A stretch of DNA of 64,000 bases from an uncultured delta proteobacterium (GCA_963729715.1 CAVSPA010000006.1:96001-160000), one strand, 5' to 3'; counted from the stretch's first letter, positions 48,500 through 60,506 are shown. Notes: generated by a model not told the origin, from the sequence alone. A program made the numbers and translations.

Positions 48500-48700
48500 T
48501 TATAACGCTTTCACATTCTCTGCTGCCGGGCCTTTCTTGCCCTGGACAACATCAAAGCTGACGCGCTGACCTTCATTTAAAGTCTTGAAGCCCTCGGCTT
48601 GAATGGCGCTGTGATGAACAAACAAATCGCCGCCTTCATCGTTTTCGATGAAACCAAAGCCTTTATGTTCATTAAACCACTTTACTTTACCTTCTGACAT
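48500..48700 (-). CDS. Cold-shock protein
   Basis: [22 protein letters not shown]. Confidence 0.96.
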   Translation of the reverse strand: MSEGKVKWFNEHKGFGFIENDEGGDLFVHHSAIQAEGFKTLNEGQRVSFDVVQGKKGPAAENVKAL

Positions 48701-48843
48701 AGCTTTAATCCTCCTTTCTCAAATATTCTCTTAAGTCGGATTTTCACTATGACAGAAAGTAAAAAACCGCCGATACTCTAAAAAGCATGGCGGCCATCCT
48801 TTGCAATTCAAAATGTCGAAATCCAAACTTACTTAGTAGTCAT

Positions 48844-48872
48844 AGTATAGGCAGCCTATCCTCAGAAGTCAA
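48844..48872 (-). promoter_or_regulatory. Sigma70 promoter of csp, long 5' UTR
   Basis: Minus strand TTGACT-17 nt-TATACT. Confidence 0.65.
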
Positions 48873-49090
48873 GGATTAATATTTAATTCTTTCAATCATG
48901 TGTTTTATCTCTCAAGTCGTTGCAAATGAACAACATCTTCCCGAAGTTTTGTTTTTCCAATTTTGCACGTCTGTGCAAAATTTTAACCCGTTATCGCGGC
49001 AAAATAGAAGGTAGAACCAATTTAACTCTGCCTGGAATAAAGAAAGAATAAACATTTGGCGGTTAATTTAGACGCACGGTATTGTTTTGC

Positions 49091-49237
49091 TCAGGCGTCG
49101 CCAAGTTCCTCCATACGTTTCCGTTCGGCCTGCTTCTTTTCACGGATCAGCCTATCGCGTTCTTGCATGCACTGACGGCAGAACCGGGTATATCCGCACT
49201 GTCCTTTACAGTTCTCCCAGTCGCCAATGGAATCCAT
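49091..49237 (-). CDS. Possible small Cys-rich protein (48 aa)
   Basis: MDSIGDWENCKGQCGYTRFCRQCMQERDRLIREKKQAERKRMEELGDA; weak RBS. Confidence 0.4.
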   Translation of the reverse strand: MDSIGDWENCKGQCGYTRFCRQCMQERDRLIREKKQAERKRMEELGDA

Positions 49238-49354
49238 CGTTTTTTTTCAGTCAACTTTTCTTCCGCCGGATCAAGTTCGTTAACGTTAGCGGATATGGTA
49301 GCAAATCTTTTTGCCCATTTCAACCGGCGAGCCCAGCACGATCAAGGAGTAAGA

Positions 49355-50047
49355 CTAAGGTATATATATTGTGAAGGCGCCTCCCCCCAATGCGCCGCCG
49401 TTAAGTATGGAGATATAACCTTCCCTGTTCTCGTTCGTGTGAGATTTCGCCACGAGCATGGAAAAATAGAGGCCGAGTCCCGTGCTGCCTGTATCGAAAT
49501 CGATTGTTCTCTTGTAGGATAATTCTTCCTTGTCATCGACAAGCATACATTCCGGATAACCGCGACCGTTGTCCTCGATCCTCAGCAGGAGATATTCGTC
49601 CTCTTTATCGGCGCTGACCCTTACCTTGTCTTTTGTATAGCGATAAGAATTATTCAGCACGTTTTCCAAAACTCCGGATACCAAGCCGCGGTCAAAGGTC
49701 CAGAACAGCCCCTCGGGGCAGTACGTTTCGATTTCTATTCCCTTCGAACTGAGGAGCGGCTTGTTTTGAATCACGATGTCGTCGATGATTTCGTCAACGG
49801 GGTGGTAATCCACGTTGATCGCAAACTGGGATTTCTCTTTCTTGTACAAAGACAATAGGCGGATCATGCTGTGGTTCAAGCGTTTGATTTCATACTGCAG
49901 CGTGAAAAATCTTCCGTACGAGGAGCATTCTTTTTCTTTGCACTGTTCGATTGACTCTTCCAGCGTGTTAAAAAGTATCCCGAGAGAATTCTTCATATCG
50001 TGAAGAGAGGATGCGAGTATATCGAGAAAGTCTATTTTAGCTTCCAT
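49355..50047 (-). CDS. Sensorless histidine kinase
   Basis: HDMKNSL, NVLNN, EDNGRG, GSTGLGL. Confidence 0.9.
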   Translation of the reverse strand: MEAKIDFLDILASSLHDMKNSLGILFNTLEESIEQCKEKECSSYGRFFTLQYEIKRLNHSMIRLLSLYKKEKSQFAINVDYHPVDEIIDDIVIQNKPLLSSKGIEIETYCPEGLFWTFDRGLVSGVLENVLNNSYRYTKDKVRVSADKEDEYLLLRIEDNGRGYPECMLVDDKEELSYKRTIDFDTGSTGLGLYFSMLVAKSHTNENREGYISILNGGALGGGAFTIYIP

Positions 50048-51708
50048 GACACGATGCCTCCGGGATCAGCTCTTTGTGCATGGTTGTCAGGATATCAAGA
50101 TTCTTGTAAAGCGGATCAATGCTCCTTACGCGATCGATATATAACGTGGCTTTTTCAAGCAGGCGTGGCTGGCTGCCGTGTTTCTGCATGTACACCATGA
50201 GTGCATGTGCTGCGTTGGCGTTAATTGTCTTGTTGTCCGGCAGTCTGTCCACTGCCTGTTCAAAGAAGTTAATGGCTCTGCTCAGATTGCCTTCCTGGAA
50301 AAGCCTGATGCCGTCGTTATTGAGTTTGATGACTTCGCTGCGCGCCGTGGAGATAATCTCCCGTCCTTTATCTTCGATGTTTAGATCCTTAAAAATGGCC
50401 TGGACATTGCCGATCAATTCCTGGTTGTCGTGATTGCTTTGCACAACGTGCCGGACTATCTTCTCGCCGCTTTTTTCGTCGCCCGTCAGGAATAGAGCTC
50501 TTGCAAGCTCAAGCTCGATATCGATGGGCAGTCTGCCGGGGAGAGTGGCCACCAGTTTATATGCCTTTTGCACTGCCTTGCCGGCATCCTCTGCGCGGTT
50601 CAGCTTTTTGAAAGCCAGGCTCTCCGCCACGGAGATCTGTATAGATGCTTCGGGATTATCGGAGAATTCGCTGCCGGCATCTCTTAAAACGTCAAGGCTT
50701 TCCATCGGAGAACCCTTGTCAACAAGCACCTTGGCCAGGCATGTATAATCGGAAGGACTCTTGAGAAAAGAATGTTTGCCCTGTTTCACTGCCTCTTTAA
50801 AGGAATATTCGGCTGTCAAATGATCTTTATTCTTATGTGCAATGTTTCCGAGGGTTCTCTGACGAAGTAATGCTTTGGGAGATATGCGGACAGCGTCCTG
50901 CAGAACCCGCTGCGCTTCTAAGTCATTCCCCATTTTCTCATGTGTCTTGGCCAGCCAATCATACGCGGCAACAATCTTGTTGTTCTTTGCGATGATCTTT
51001 TCAAAAGCACCCTTTGCTCCGTTATAATCGCCGGTGATGAATTTAACCTTCCCCAGACCGAACATCGCCCAAGGCAGATTACCCATGGCGAGGACCTTTT
51101 CATAAAATGCCGCCGCCTCGGCATAGGCCTGTTTCTTGATGAGAATTTCGCCTTTCAGTTTGAGCAAGTCGGACAGGCTTTTTGTGTGGCTGCTAATTTG
51201 CTCGTCACAAAGCGCGATTACACTTGTATAATCTTTTTTCTCGACAGCCTTTTCGATAGCTTTCAGGCTCTCTTTCTTTGCCGACAGGTTCCTTAATTTC
51301 TTTTCGAGAGCCTCTTTGGAAAAGGGCTTTATCAAATAATCATCGGGCTGATATTCAAGGGCGCCCATGATCATCTCCATGGTGTTCTCTGCTGTCACCA
51401 TGATAAATACAGTGGAATGGTCCATGTACTCACGGCATCTTGCTTCTTCAAGAACCTGCTGGCCGTCCTTTCCGGGCCCAAGATTATAGTCACACAGGAT
51501 GATGTCATATTTGCTTGAGGACATTTTTCTGGACGGCTTCCTCACCGCTTGCGGCGTCATCGATGTATGAGATACCAAACGACTTCAACATGGTCCTTAA
51601 GGTCAGGCGGAAATTGAGAAAATCCTCCACGACAAGGACCTTTTTCTTCTTCAAATCGTCTGTAGAAGAGGATTGGGAAGAAAGAATATTTTCCTGAGTT
51701 GTTACCAT
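50037..51708 (-). pseudogene. Receiver-TPR protein with one frameshift at 51524-51528
   Basis: VLVVED...SGEEAVQK in one frame continues as MSSSKYDIILCDYNLG in another; extra A in CAGAAAAATG. Confidence 0.8.
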
Positions 51709-51892
51709 CGTTATCCTCGACCGACTAAATCATATAAAATCGCCGGGCTGATAATTGCTGCTTCACATGGGCGGCTCCGACCTGCACCTGTCGGCGAATC
51801 TGATACGCCTTGCCTATCACTTATATACATCGGCAGATCATTAAGAATCTTTAGAGGGATAACATCTTGAAGATCGTCTTTCCTGTCTTTCC

Positions 51893-51921
51893 TTGACACA
51901 TAGGTGCTCTACCCGTATACT
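51893..51921 (+). promoter_or_regulatory. Sigma70 promoter of mop-like gene
   Basis: TTGACA-17 nt-TATACT. Confidence 0.7.
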
Positions 51922-51963
51922 TTTATTATGCTCAATCAAATCCTTATCTAAAAGGAGGTCACT

Positions 51964-52173
51964 ATGAATATAAGCGCGCGTAATGTACTGAAGGGGAAAA
52001 TAATCAAAGTTACAAGGGGTGCTGTGAATACAGAAGTAGTTTTGGAACTTCCATGCGGAGATCAGGTGGTTTCCATGATTTCCAAACAATCCGCAACGAA
52101 GCTCGGCTTGAAATCCGGTAAAAAAGCATATGCGGTCATAAAAGCCTCAAACGTAATGATAGCTGTCGATTAA
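51964..52173 (+). CDS. mop: Molbindin (Mop/TOBE molybdate-binding protein)
   Basis: ISARNVLKG, LGLK.GKKAYAVIKASNV; AGGAGG RBS. Confidence 0.93.
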   Translation: MNISARNVLKGKIIKVTRGAVNTEVVLELPCGDQVVSMISKQSATKLGLKSGKKAYAVIKASNVMIAVD

Positions 52174-52539
52174 ACCTTTCGTTTCAAACGTAATGGAAAA
52201 AGGGTAAACAGTTCTTTGAAAGAACTCAATAGCTCTTATGGAGATGTGAGTTCTGTTACGATCAATAATAATTATGAACAGAGGAGCTACGACAAAGAAG
52301 GAATTAACTTTATGATAAACAAAGGCTCTGGGAAGGTTGAAACTATAACGATCGTGCCAAAGACTGATAAGTCAAATCATCGAAAGCATGCAAGGGTTAT
52401 GATTAATAATCAAATCGGTATTATACCCCGAGAATTTCGGGCACTATCGGTGCCTGCCACTCGTCGTGACACTTTCTCCGACGATTTAGCGCCGGTCCTT
52501 ATCGGTGCGCCAATACCACGGGCCGCGAAAGGACTACAG

Positions 52540-53490
52540 TTACGCAATGTTATTCCATATATGTGTAGCATATAAGGTCGGAACGTGATCAACGAAATCG
52601 TCCGGGATAAAGTTTATAAACCCGCGCAGCATCTTACCCCGTGAATTGGCAATGTATGGCACTTCGCCGCTAATTGAGTCGGTTATCTTTTCCCGGCGGC
52701 TTGAGTTCCCATGAACCATCCCACTGCTGTCTATGTACTTCAGATCGCCAACATGCTTATATCGTATGGGGGGCGGCACTTTCGCAACGATGTCATTGTT
52801 ATTGACGAACCGGAAGGCGCTGATGTGGAAGTCATCCGCGAAATCGACATCCCCCACGCGGGGTGAGCCGAACGTATACAGGCCCTGGGCCTTCCCATAT
52901 CTGTTGGCGGCGAGAGTGGCAAGGGCGGCGCCAAGGCTGTGACCAGTAAACCAGATGGTCCGGTTCGAGATATCTTTACTCTTAATACATTTGAGGAGAC
53001 CTTTCTTCTCCCACACCTCGTCGAGTGCGTGGTTAAATCCCCGATGGACCTTCCCGCCCTGGCCCGACTCCGTGAGGATGATGTCGGCGTCTGTTTTCAG
53101 ATCGGCAATGATATTGCCGAAATCTAATCTCCCCTCGCGTCTGCGGATCTCAGTCCCCCTGAATACGATCATGGCGAAATTGTCGTTATTGGCGACAAAG
53201 CACTGCGTACCGTTTCCCGTAAAGAATTTCACTTCCGTGAGACCCGCGTCTTGAAACCGCGGGCGGACAAAATCTTCCTCAGAATAGGCAAGCGTTGATG
53301 CTTCGATAAGCCACCATGCATTTATCATATCAAACGCTGTTGCGCTGTGCCGGAACGGGTAGTCATCTCCACCCTTAAAATAAGGATAATGTGGATAAGG
53401 GGGAGCGATAGCATCCAAGGTTATCTTCGGGAGAATTTCTGCGGGATCTCGTTGTGGGTTTGCCATACTCACTCCTCTCACAGCGCTCAA
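52540..53490 (-). CDS. Class 3 lipase family protein
   Basis: FRGT, VHRGF, TGHSLG, TFGSPRVG, DIV..VP. Confidence 0.92.
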   Translation of the reverse strand: MSAVRGVSMANPQRDPAEILPKITLDAIAPPYPHYPYFKGGDDYPFRHSATAFDMINAWWLIEASTLAYSEEDFVRPRFQDAGLTEVKFFTGNGTQCFVANNDNFAMIVFRGTEIRRREGRLDFGNIIADLKTDADIILTESGQGGKVHRGFNHALDEVWEKKGLLKCIKSKDISNRTIWFTGHSLGAALATLAANRYGKAQGLYTFGSPRVGDVDFADDFHISAFRFVNNNDIVAKVPPPIRYKHVGDLKYIDSSGMVHGNSSRREKITDSISGEVPYIANSRGKMLRGFINFIPDDFVDHVPTLYATHIWNNIA

Positions 53491-53901
53491 AATTGAATTC
53501 GGTAGCGAGCAAATGCCTAACGATACTGTTCCATTTAAGAATTCACGAAACCTCGCATGCTTTGCGACAGACTGTATTGTCGCTCTTAGTACCGATAATA
53601 TATTGCAGTTGCAATGCTGAAATATATGCTGAAAAATACGGGGTAAAAACTAATAGTAATAAAAAATTTACCCAATATTCGATAAGTTAAGGAAAACGGT
53701 GAATCTTCCTTAATTTTCGGTTGAGGGTTGCTTGCACTGTCCCTTTTTACCTCTAATTGTCGGGAAAAGAAATCATTTATCTGCATTGACATAAGCAGTT
53801 CAATCATATATGATACGGCTGCTTTGGCAGCAGGCAGGTACTGAAAGATCTCCTCGGTTTACGCAAGGAATATAATTCATTAGATATATTTGAGGTAAGT
53901 A

Positions 53902-53991
53902 ATGGGAAGTGTCGTAAAAAAGAGAAAGAAGAAGATAAGTAAACACAAATACAAGAAGCGCTTGAAATCCAACAGGCATAAGAACAAATAA
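53902..53991 (+). CDS. Small basic protein, bS22/AURKAIP1/COX24 family
   Basis: MGSVVKKRKKKISKHKYKKRLKSNRHKNK; GAGGT RBS. Confidence 0.88.
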   Translation: MGSVVKKRKKKISKHKYKKRLKSNRHKNK

Positions 53992-54228
53992 GGGACATGA
54001 TCAGATGTGCTGTAGAGATCCGATTGTTAAAGGGGGTCTATGGTACCGCTTCCCCTTCCTATAAAAAATCGGGGGGAATAATGTTCGTTTCTATGTGACG
54101 CACGCGACAAGAAGAAGGGGGTTGGTCGGTTAGGCTGGCCTTTTTTTTTGCCTGTATGGAAAGGCTTAATCTTCTTTAGTGAAGATGAAATGCAGATGCT
54201 CAATGTAATTTTTTGTGAGGACAGATAG

Positions 54229-55323
54229 ATGAGCAAAGTCCGTAAAATGATGGACAATAATAAGAAGAGATTTGCACTTTTTTTAGTCTTTGCTCTTATG
54301 ATTGTCTGTGTGGCAGGCGTTTTTTATTACCGCGAGTACAGAACGAGGTATGTTAGCACAGATGACGCATATGTTACGGGCAGGATTCATGTGATCGCAT
54401 CGAAGGTTCCCGGTACGGTGAGGACAGTTTATGTTGAGGACAATCAGTTTGTAAAGAAGGATGATGTCCTCCTCGAGATCGACGACAGAGACTATGATGT
54501 CAGGGTCAAAGAAGCTGAATCCGCGCGGAATGCGGAGCATGCAAAACTCGAAGAGGTTTCGACGAAGGTGGATGTGACAAAGAAGCAGTTGTTGGAATTG
54601 CAATTCACCGTGAAGTCGGCGCGGGCAAATCTGAATCTCCAGGAGGCAAATCTCAAGCAGGCGGATCTGGATTTCAAGAGGGCTCAGAAGCTTCGCGCGA
54701 AAGAGGTTGTGCCGGAAGAAAGGCTGGAAAAGGCCAAGACGAATTATGACGTTACTGCTGCGCAGGTTGAAGCATCGAGAGAACACTTAAAGCAGGTTGA
54801 GGCTGCCCTCGAAACACAGAAGGCACTGATACAGCAGACAGAGTCGGCCTTTGAATCACAGAACTCCGTGGTGAAACAGAGGGAAGAAACGCGTAAAGCG
54901 GAGGATTTGAAGAAGAGTTATACGAAGATTTATGCGCCCGCGGATGGATACATCACAAAGAAGTCCGTGGAGAACGGCAACCAGATCCAGCCAGGGCAGC
55001 CACTGATGGCCGTTGTTCCCCTCGATGATATCTGGGTAATTGCAAATTATAAGGAAACGCAGATCGAGAATGTGAAGCCCGGTCAAAAGGCGAAGATCAA
55101 AGTGGATACGTATCCGGACCGTGATTTTGAGGGGACGGTGCAGAGCATCATGGCTGGAACCGGCTCTATCTTTTCCCTGTTTCCTCCTGAGAATGCAACG
55201 GGAAATTATGTGAAAGTTGTCCAGCGGGTGCCGATAAAGATTGTCCTCAAGGAAGGGACGGATCCCAACCATATTCTCAGGGTCGGCATGTCTGTTGAAC
55301 CGACAATCATCACGAAGGAATAG
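54229..55323 (+). CDS. EmrA/HlyD membrane fusion protein
   Basis: STDDAYV, ANYKETQ, PPENATGNYVKVVQR. Confidence 0.94.
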   Translation: MSKVRKMMDNNKKRFALFLVFALMIVCVAGVFYYREYRTRYVSTDDAYVTGRIHVIASKVPGTVRTVYVEDNQFVKKDDVLLEIDDRDYDVRVKEAESARNAEHAKLEEVSTKVDVTKKQLLELQFTVKSARANLNLQEANLKQADLDFKRAQKLRAKEVVPEERLEKAKTNYDVTAAQVEASREHLKQVEAALETQKALIQQTESAFESQNSVVKQREETRKAEDLKKSYTKIYAPADGYITKKSVENGNQIQPGQPLMAVVPLDDIWVIANYKETQIENVKPGQKAKIKVDTYPDRDFEGTVQSIMAGTGSIFSLFPPENATGNYVKVVQRVPIKIVLKEGTDPNHILRVGMSVEPTIITKE

Positions 55324-55330
55324 CTTCCTG

Positions 55331-56875
55331 GTGGATTCACATGTAAACAAGTGGATGGTTGCCATAACCGTGATGCTTCCGACGCTCATGGTTATTATGG
55401 ATACGTCGGTTGTCAATGTCTCTCTGGATCACATTCGCGGCAGCCTTTCCGCCGGCATCGATGAATCCACGTGGTCCATCACATCTTATCTTGCGGCCAA
55501 CGCCATTGTCATCCCCATAACCGGATGGCTGAGCAGGCTCTTAGGCAGGAGACGCCTTCTCATCGTTTCCGTTTCACTTTTTACCGTGAGTTCGCTTTTG
55601 TGCGGTCTTGCCTGGAGCATACAAAGTCTCGTGGTTTTCCGGATTCTCCAGGGCCTTTCCGGCGGCTCCCTTCAACCTATATCCCAGTCCATACTTCTCG
55701 AGACTTTTCCGCCGTCGCAGCACGGTACGGCGATGGCCATTTTCGGAATAGGGATCATGTTCGGACCGATCATCGGGCCTTTTCTGGGAGGGTGGATTAC
55801 CGACAACTGGTCGTGGAACTGGATTTTCTTCATAAATATTCCCGCGGGCATCATCTCCGTCCTGATGACTGCACTCTTTATCGTGGACCCGGCATACATA
55901 CGGGATATAAAGATGAAGATCGATTACTGGGGCCTCATATTTCTCAGCGTCGGCATTGGCTGCCTGCAGATCATGCTGGACAAGGGGCAGAGGGAGGATT
56001 GGTTTTCTTCAGACTTCATTATCTGGCTCTCTGTTGCGTCCGTAATGTCGCTCGTCATTTTTGTAATTGTGGAACTGTTTGTCAAGCATCCCATTGTTAA
56101 TCTGAGGATATTGAGAAACTTTTCCTTCAGTCTCGGAAATATCATCATATTTTTCGTTTTTGTTAATCTCTTTGGCAGTATTGTTCTTTTGCCCATGTAT
56201 CTGCAGAGTCTGATGGGCTATACGTCAACCCTCGCCGGCCTTGTGCTCGCGCCCGGAGGCGTTGCGACGCTTATGGTCATGCCCATTGTCGGACTGCTTA
56301 TAACCAGGATAAATTCGAAGGGTATTGTTGTTGCCGGTATCGTTGTGACTGCCTACTCGACATATTTGATGTCCGCGTTCAACAGGCTGGCGGATTTCAA
56401 CACGGTTGTGTGGCCAAGGATTATTATGGGTATTGGCGTGGGGTTGATAATAATCCCGCTTACTACCCTCACCCTTTCCCGCATGAAAAAAGAGCAAATG
56501 GGAAATGCCACATCAATCTTTAATCTCGTGAGAAATATCGGGGGGAGCTTCGGTGTTGCCATTTCCACAACGATCCTGACACGGAGGGCCCAATTCCATC
56601 AGGCGCATCTTATCGACCATCTCACACCGTTTGATATGACATATGCCTTGGGCAGCAGTCGGGCCTCAGAGGCCCTGCAACAGAGAGGCCTGGAACCGGC
56701 CATTTCCGGTCAGGGAGGGCTTGCCGCCATATATGATCAGGTTGTCAGGGAAGCATCCATGATGTCTTTTAACGACGTCTTCTATCTCTTGTCTGTCATG
56801 CTGGTCTTGACTGTGCCCCTGGTCTTCTTCATGCGACGGATTTACCATGACGCAGCGGATGATAAAAATCATTAA
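55331..56875 (+). CDS. EmrB/QacA DHA2 MFS efflux permease
   Basis: MDTSVVNV, WSITSY, WIFFINIP, LDKGQREDW; GTG start at 55331. Confidence 0.94.
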   Translation: MDSHVNKWMVAITVMLPTLMVIMDTSVVNVSLDHIRGSLSAGIDESTWSITSYLAANAIVIPITGWLSRLLGRRRLLIVSVSLFTVSSLLCGLAWSIQSLVVFRILQGLSGGSLQPISQSILLETFPPSQHGTAMAIFGIGIMFGPIIGPFLGGWITDNWSWNWIFFINIPAGIISVLMTALFIVDPAYIRDIKMKIDYWGLIFLSVGIGCLQIMLDKGQREDWFSSDFIIWLSVASVMSLVIFVIVELFVKHPIVNLRILRNFSFSLGNIIIFFVFVNLFGSIVLLPMYLQSLMGYTSTLAGLVLAPGGVATLMVMPIVGLLITRINSKGIVVAGIVVTAYSTYLMSAFNRLADFNTVVWPRIIMGIGVGLIIIPLTTLTLSRMKKEQMGNATSIFNLVRNIGGSFGVAISTTILTRRAQFHQAHLIDHLTPFDMTYALGSSRASEALQQRGLEPAISGQGGLAAIYDQVVREASMMSFNDVFYLLSVMLVLTVPLVFFMRRIYHDAADDKNH

Positions 56876-56952
56876 AGGCAGTACATGTTCTTGACGAAGG
56901 TATAATAGCAACGTTAGCTGTATGATCTAACCTATTACCAGGGAGCGAACAG

Positions 56953-57408
56953 ATGAGTTCATTGAAAATCTTAAAGGAATTTCTTGCAAAGATAAAATCT
57001 CGAAAACAAGACAGAGACATTATGCAGATTGCCGATATCATCGGGCCGATGATAGAAAAAGCGGTCTGGGATATCTTCGTCAGTTACAGGGTGGAATTGT
57101 TGTCTGAAGAGATTATCTTTGTTATCCCAGCGATTTGGGGCGCCAAGAAGGACGGTGAACTCACTGCGACGCAAAAGGCGATTGGCGAACAGATTGCTCC
57201 TGTGATTAAGAGAATTTTCGAGCTCCTTGATATAAGGGATCTGGACTCCACCCAGGAATTTGCCCTCAATTATCTAGTTCGGGGGCTTATCGTATCAAAA
57301 ATCACTTACATGATTGAGGCATTCCGGAGCAAGCTGAAGGACAGGTCACTAGATGAGCAAGGACTTAAGGATGCCCTCTTGCGCTTCAAGCCGCAGGGCA
57401 ACGCTTAA
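56953..57408 (+). CDS. Hypothetical protein
   Basis: 151 aa ORF with GGGAG RBS; no motif recognised. Confidence 0.65.
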   Translation: MSSLKILKEFLAKIKSRKQDRDIMQIADIIGPMIEKAVWDIFVSYRVELLSEEIIFVIPAIWGAKKDGELTATQKAIGEQIAPVIKRIFELLDIRDLDSTQEFALNYLVRGLIVSKITYMIEAFRSKLKDRSLDEQGLKDALLRFKPQGNA

Positions 57409-57422
57409 ATCAGGAATCGTTG

Positions 57423-58520
57423 CTAAAGACTCGTACCGAAGGCAAGGGATTGCTTATCGAAACTGAAGCGCATATTAGCATGGACGAGCTCATTGCGGCT
57501 CTCGATGAAAGGATGATAAACGAGGAGACATTCATCGAGGGCAATGCGAATTTGGGGAAGGAGAGGAAGAACTCTCCGCTTATCTGTAACGATATCGGCA
57601 ATGGCAATCGCGATGCTTTCCGCCACTGCGCTCGGCGGGAGAGTAACAGGGTGGAGCGGCGCATTAGGAAGCGAGTCATTTGCTTTTTCTGCCGGCTGTG
57701 AAATGGTCATCTGCCGTACCTACCTGAGAAACAGTGCAGGGTTAATTTTGAATGCAGGACTCCAGAAATAAAGGGGCGTCTGCTCGAAAGCTGGAGTAAT
57801 TGCCTTCGGGAGGTTTCCCATGCGGATGAGGCCTGCATACGTATCGAGTTTGATGCCTTCTATCCGGGCTTTCATTCTCCAGAACGGCAGGTAGTGTGAT
57901 ACGTCACCCGCACCTTCCATTACAGCGAAATCCACCTTTCTAAATTCTTTTCCTTCGCATCGCCAGGCAGTGCTGCAATTTTTGCATATGAGAACCAAGG
58001 CTTCTTTCTCAACTTGGAGATCCCATCCGCACTGCGGACACAGAGTGGATATAAATGATATGCGCCAACTCTGGGGCTTGCTTGCAGCGAGCATGCGATC
58101 CACACCTTCAGTCTTCATCACGCACACGGGTCGCTTGAGAAGAGCGTCACAGAGGTTATTGTTCTCCATGTACACGGGTGAATAAATCAAACTGGTCGTT
58201 TCTCCGACAAAGATGTTGTGAACATTAGCAGGAGCGGGCGGCTCCGCAATGCCGAATTGCTTTTCCAATATCTGTGAGACGGATACGGCGGTGTTCTTCA
58301 GAACATCCTGAACCGGCATCTCTGGATCAAGGAACCAGCCCTCGATTTCCGGAGAGACAAATTTCAATTTTAATACCTGCGGCCTGAGTCCTAAAGACGG
58401 AGGGATGCCCCACGATTTCAGGGCCAGAATATTGGTGTCAACAAAGCGCTGAGTGAGCCCGCTTTCCTGCATGGCATAAGAGAGTCCTTTCATACGCCAG
58501 TAAGGGACAAAAAATACTTG
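57423..58520 (-). pseudogene. Zn-ribbon protein, 5' truncated, in-frame TAG at 57722-57720
   Basis: FVPYWR, CPQCG...CKNC, YLPFW; frame continues past the stop into the 57423-57710 ORF. Confidence 0.7.
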
Positions 58521-58847
58521 ACAATCATTATGCTTATCGTTAACTATCTAAGAGCAAAAGGTTTATTTTACACTACCGAATACTGTCAAGCCTCCCTGAC
58601 CCGATAGAGGTCTCTTGTTTGTAATGTGCGGAGGTTTCTCGTCTCAAATCTTTATCATTGCAGCCATCCTCGCGGATGGTCAGTCTGTCTGACATTTTTT
58701 TCTTTCACATGAGAACATGAAGGTGGTGGGAGAAATGTCAACCTGGAGAACGTTTATCAAGATACACAAAAAATCATTTGAGCACCTTTTTATTCGAAGG
58801 GAGGTTTCCTTGCCCCTGAAAGTTCGCCGCAATGAGAGGCATAAGAA

Positions 58848-60506
58848 ATGAAGTGTCCTAAATGCCAGTTTGAAAATAGAGATGGGGCGAAATTCTGCAA
58901 AGATTGCGGTCACAAATTGGAGGCCCTATGTTCCCAGTGCGGAGCTATAAATCTGCCCGACAGTAAATTTTGCGATAGTTGCGGACGGAGATTAGATGAA
59001 ACTGGACAAAAAGAAAAGGCAATTCCCGCACCTGAGGGCGAGCGCAAGCACGTCACAGTATTGTTTTCCGATGTGTCCGGCTATACGACTATGTCTGCGA
59101 GACTTGATCCTGAAGAAGTGAAGGAGATCATGGGGCAGATCATAGGTGGCGTAAACAGGGTCATTAAGCAGTATGGGGGATTCATGGAGAAGTATGTCGG
59201 TGATGCCGTCATGGCTCTCTTCGGTGCTCCTTTTGCCCAGGAAGATGATCCGGTAAGGGCGATAAAAGCCGCCGGAGATATCCATGGCGTCGTTAAATCC
59301 CTGAGTCAGCGGTACGAAGAGAAGATCGGGAAACCGCTGGCAATGCATACGGGCATCTGTACCGGCTTAGTCGTAACAGGTAACGTCAATTTAGAAAAAG
59401 GGACCCACGGAGTATTGGGAGATACGATCAACGTGGCTTTCCGGCTCTCTGCCCTGGCAAAGCCAGGCGAAATCATTGTGGACACTGGCACTTATCGCCG
59501 AGCGGCGGGACATTTCAATTTTGATACTCTCGAGCCGGCCACTGTGAATGGCAAGACAGAACCCGTAAGGATTTTCAGGGTTATATCACCCGAGGAAAAA
59601 CCCACCAAGACTCACCGCCTGTCCGGCATGAGGGCGGAACTTATAGGGCGTAAGGTGGAGATGGCTCAATTACAAGGAAGCCATATACAATTTGAAACAG
59701 GGGGCCGTGTTCTCCATCGTGGGCGATGCCGGCACAGGGAAAAGCAGGCTCATCGAAGAGTTCACGGCTGCATTGGACATCAAGGAGATTCGGTGAAGGG
59801 GGGGGACATTGTTATCCCTACAGCCAGAACATCCCCTACTTTCCCCTCATCAATCTCCTGAGCCGGGCATGGCAGATTCGCGAGGGTGACTCGGCCGATA
59901 TGGTAAGACAAAAGGTCGAAGCCGGGGCGAAAAATCTGATCGGAGACAGGAAAGACCGTATACCCTATGTGGGAAGCCTTTATTCCCTCAACTACGCGGA
60001 GATCGAAAGCGTCAGCCCCCATTTTTGGAAGGCTCGTCTTCATGAGACGGTAAGGAAGATTTTTTCGGCGGCCCTTCCACGCATAGGTCCGACGGTCATC
60101 TGCGTTGAGGATCTGCATTGGGCAGATCCGTCCTTTGTAGAACTATTGCGTCACGTCCTTGCTGATTTCAGGTTTCCGGCGATCGTCCTGTGTACCTACA
60201 GACCTTCGTTTAGTCTCTTCACAGTCCATCAGGTGAACGGTCTGGGTAAGTTGTACCAGGAGATCAGACTCTATGATCTCTCAAAGGGCGGAGGAGAGTT
60301 TCCAAAAGGCCATAGAGGTAGCAAGAGAGATCGGGGCTAAGGGCGTGCTCGGTCAATGTTATCTCGACTTGGGGCAACTATACAAGGTCAAGAAGAAAAC
60401 CGATCAGGCGAGGAAATGCATTGCCGACGCCGTGGAGACTTTTAAAGAGTGCGAGGCGGATGTCTTCCTGCAACAGGCCAGAGAGTCTTTAGAAGCTTTG
60501 ATTTAA
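58848..60506 (+). pseudogene. Double Zn-ribbon class III adenylate/guanylate cyclase-AAA-TPR protein, frameshifted and internally deleted
   Basis: Four CxxC, VTVLFSD, GDAVMALFG, GDTINVA; GDAGTGKSRL and EDLHWAD in other frames; TPR tail 60273-60506. Confidence 0.85.

Noticed and set aside
51800..51890. ModE box upstream of mop
   Set aside because: Only one TATATA half-site; no palindrome
57720..57722. TAG as pyrrolysine
   Set aside because: Gene is also 5' truncated, no pyl context; TGG-to-TAG nonsense mutation is simpler
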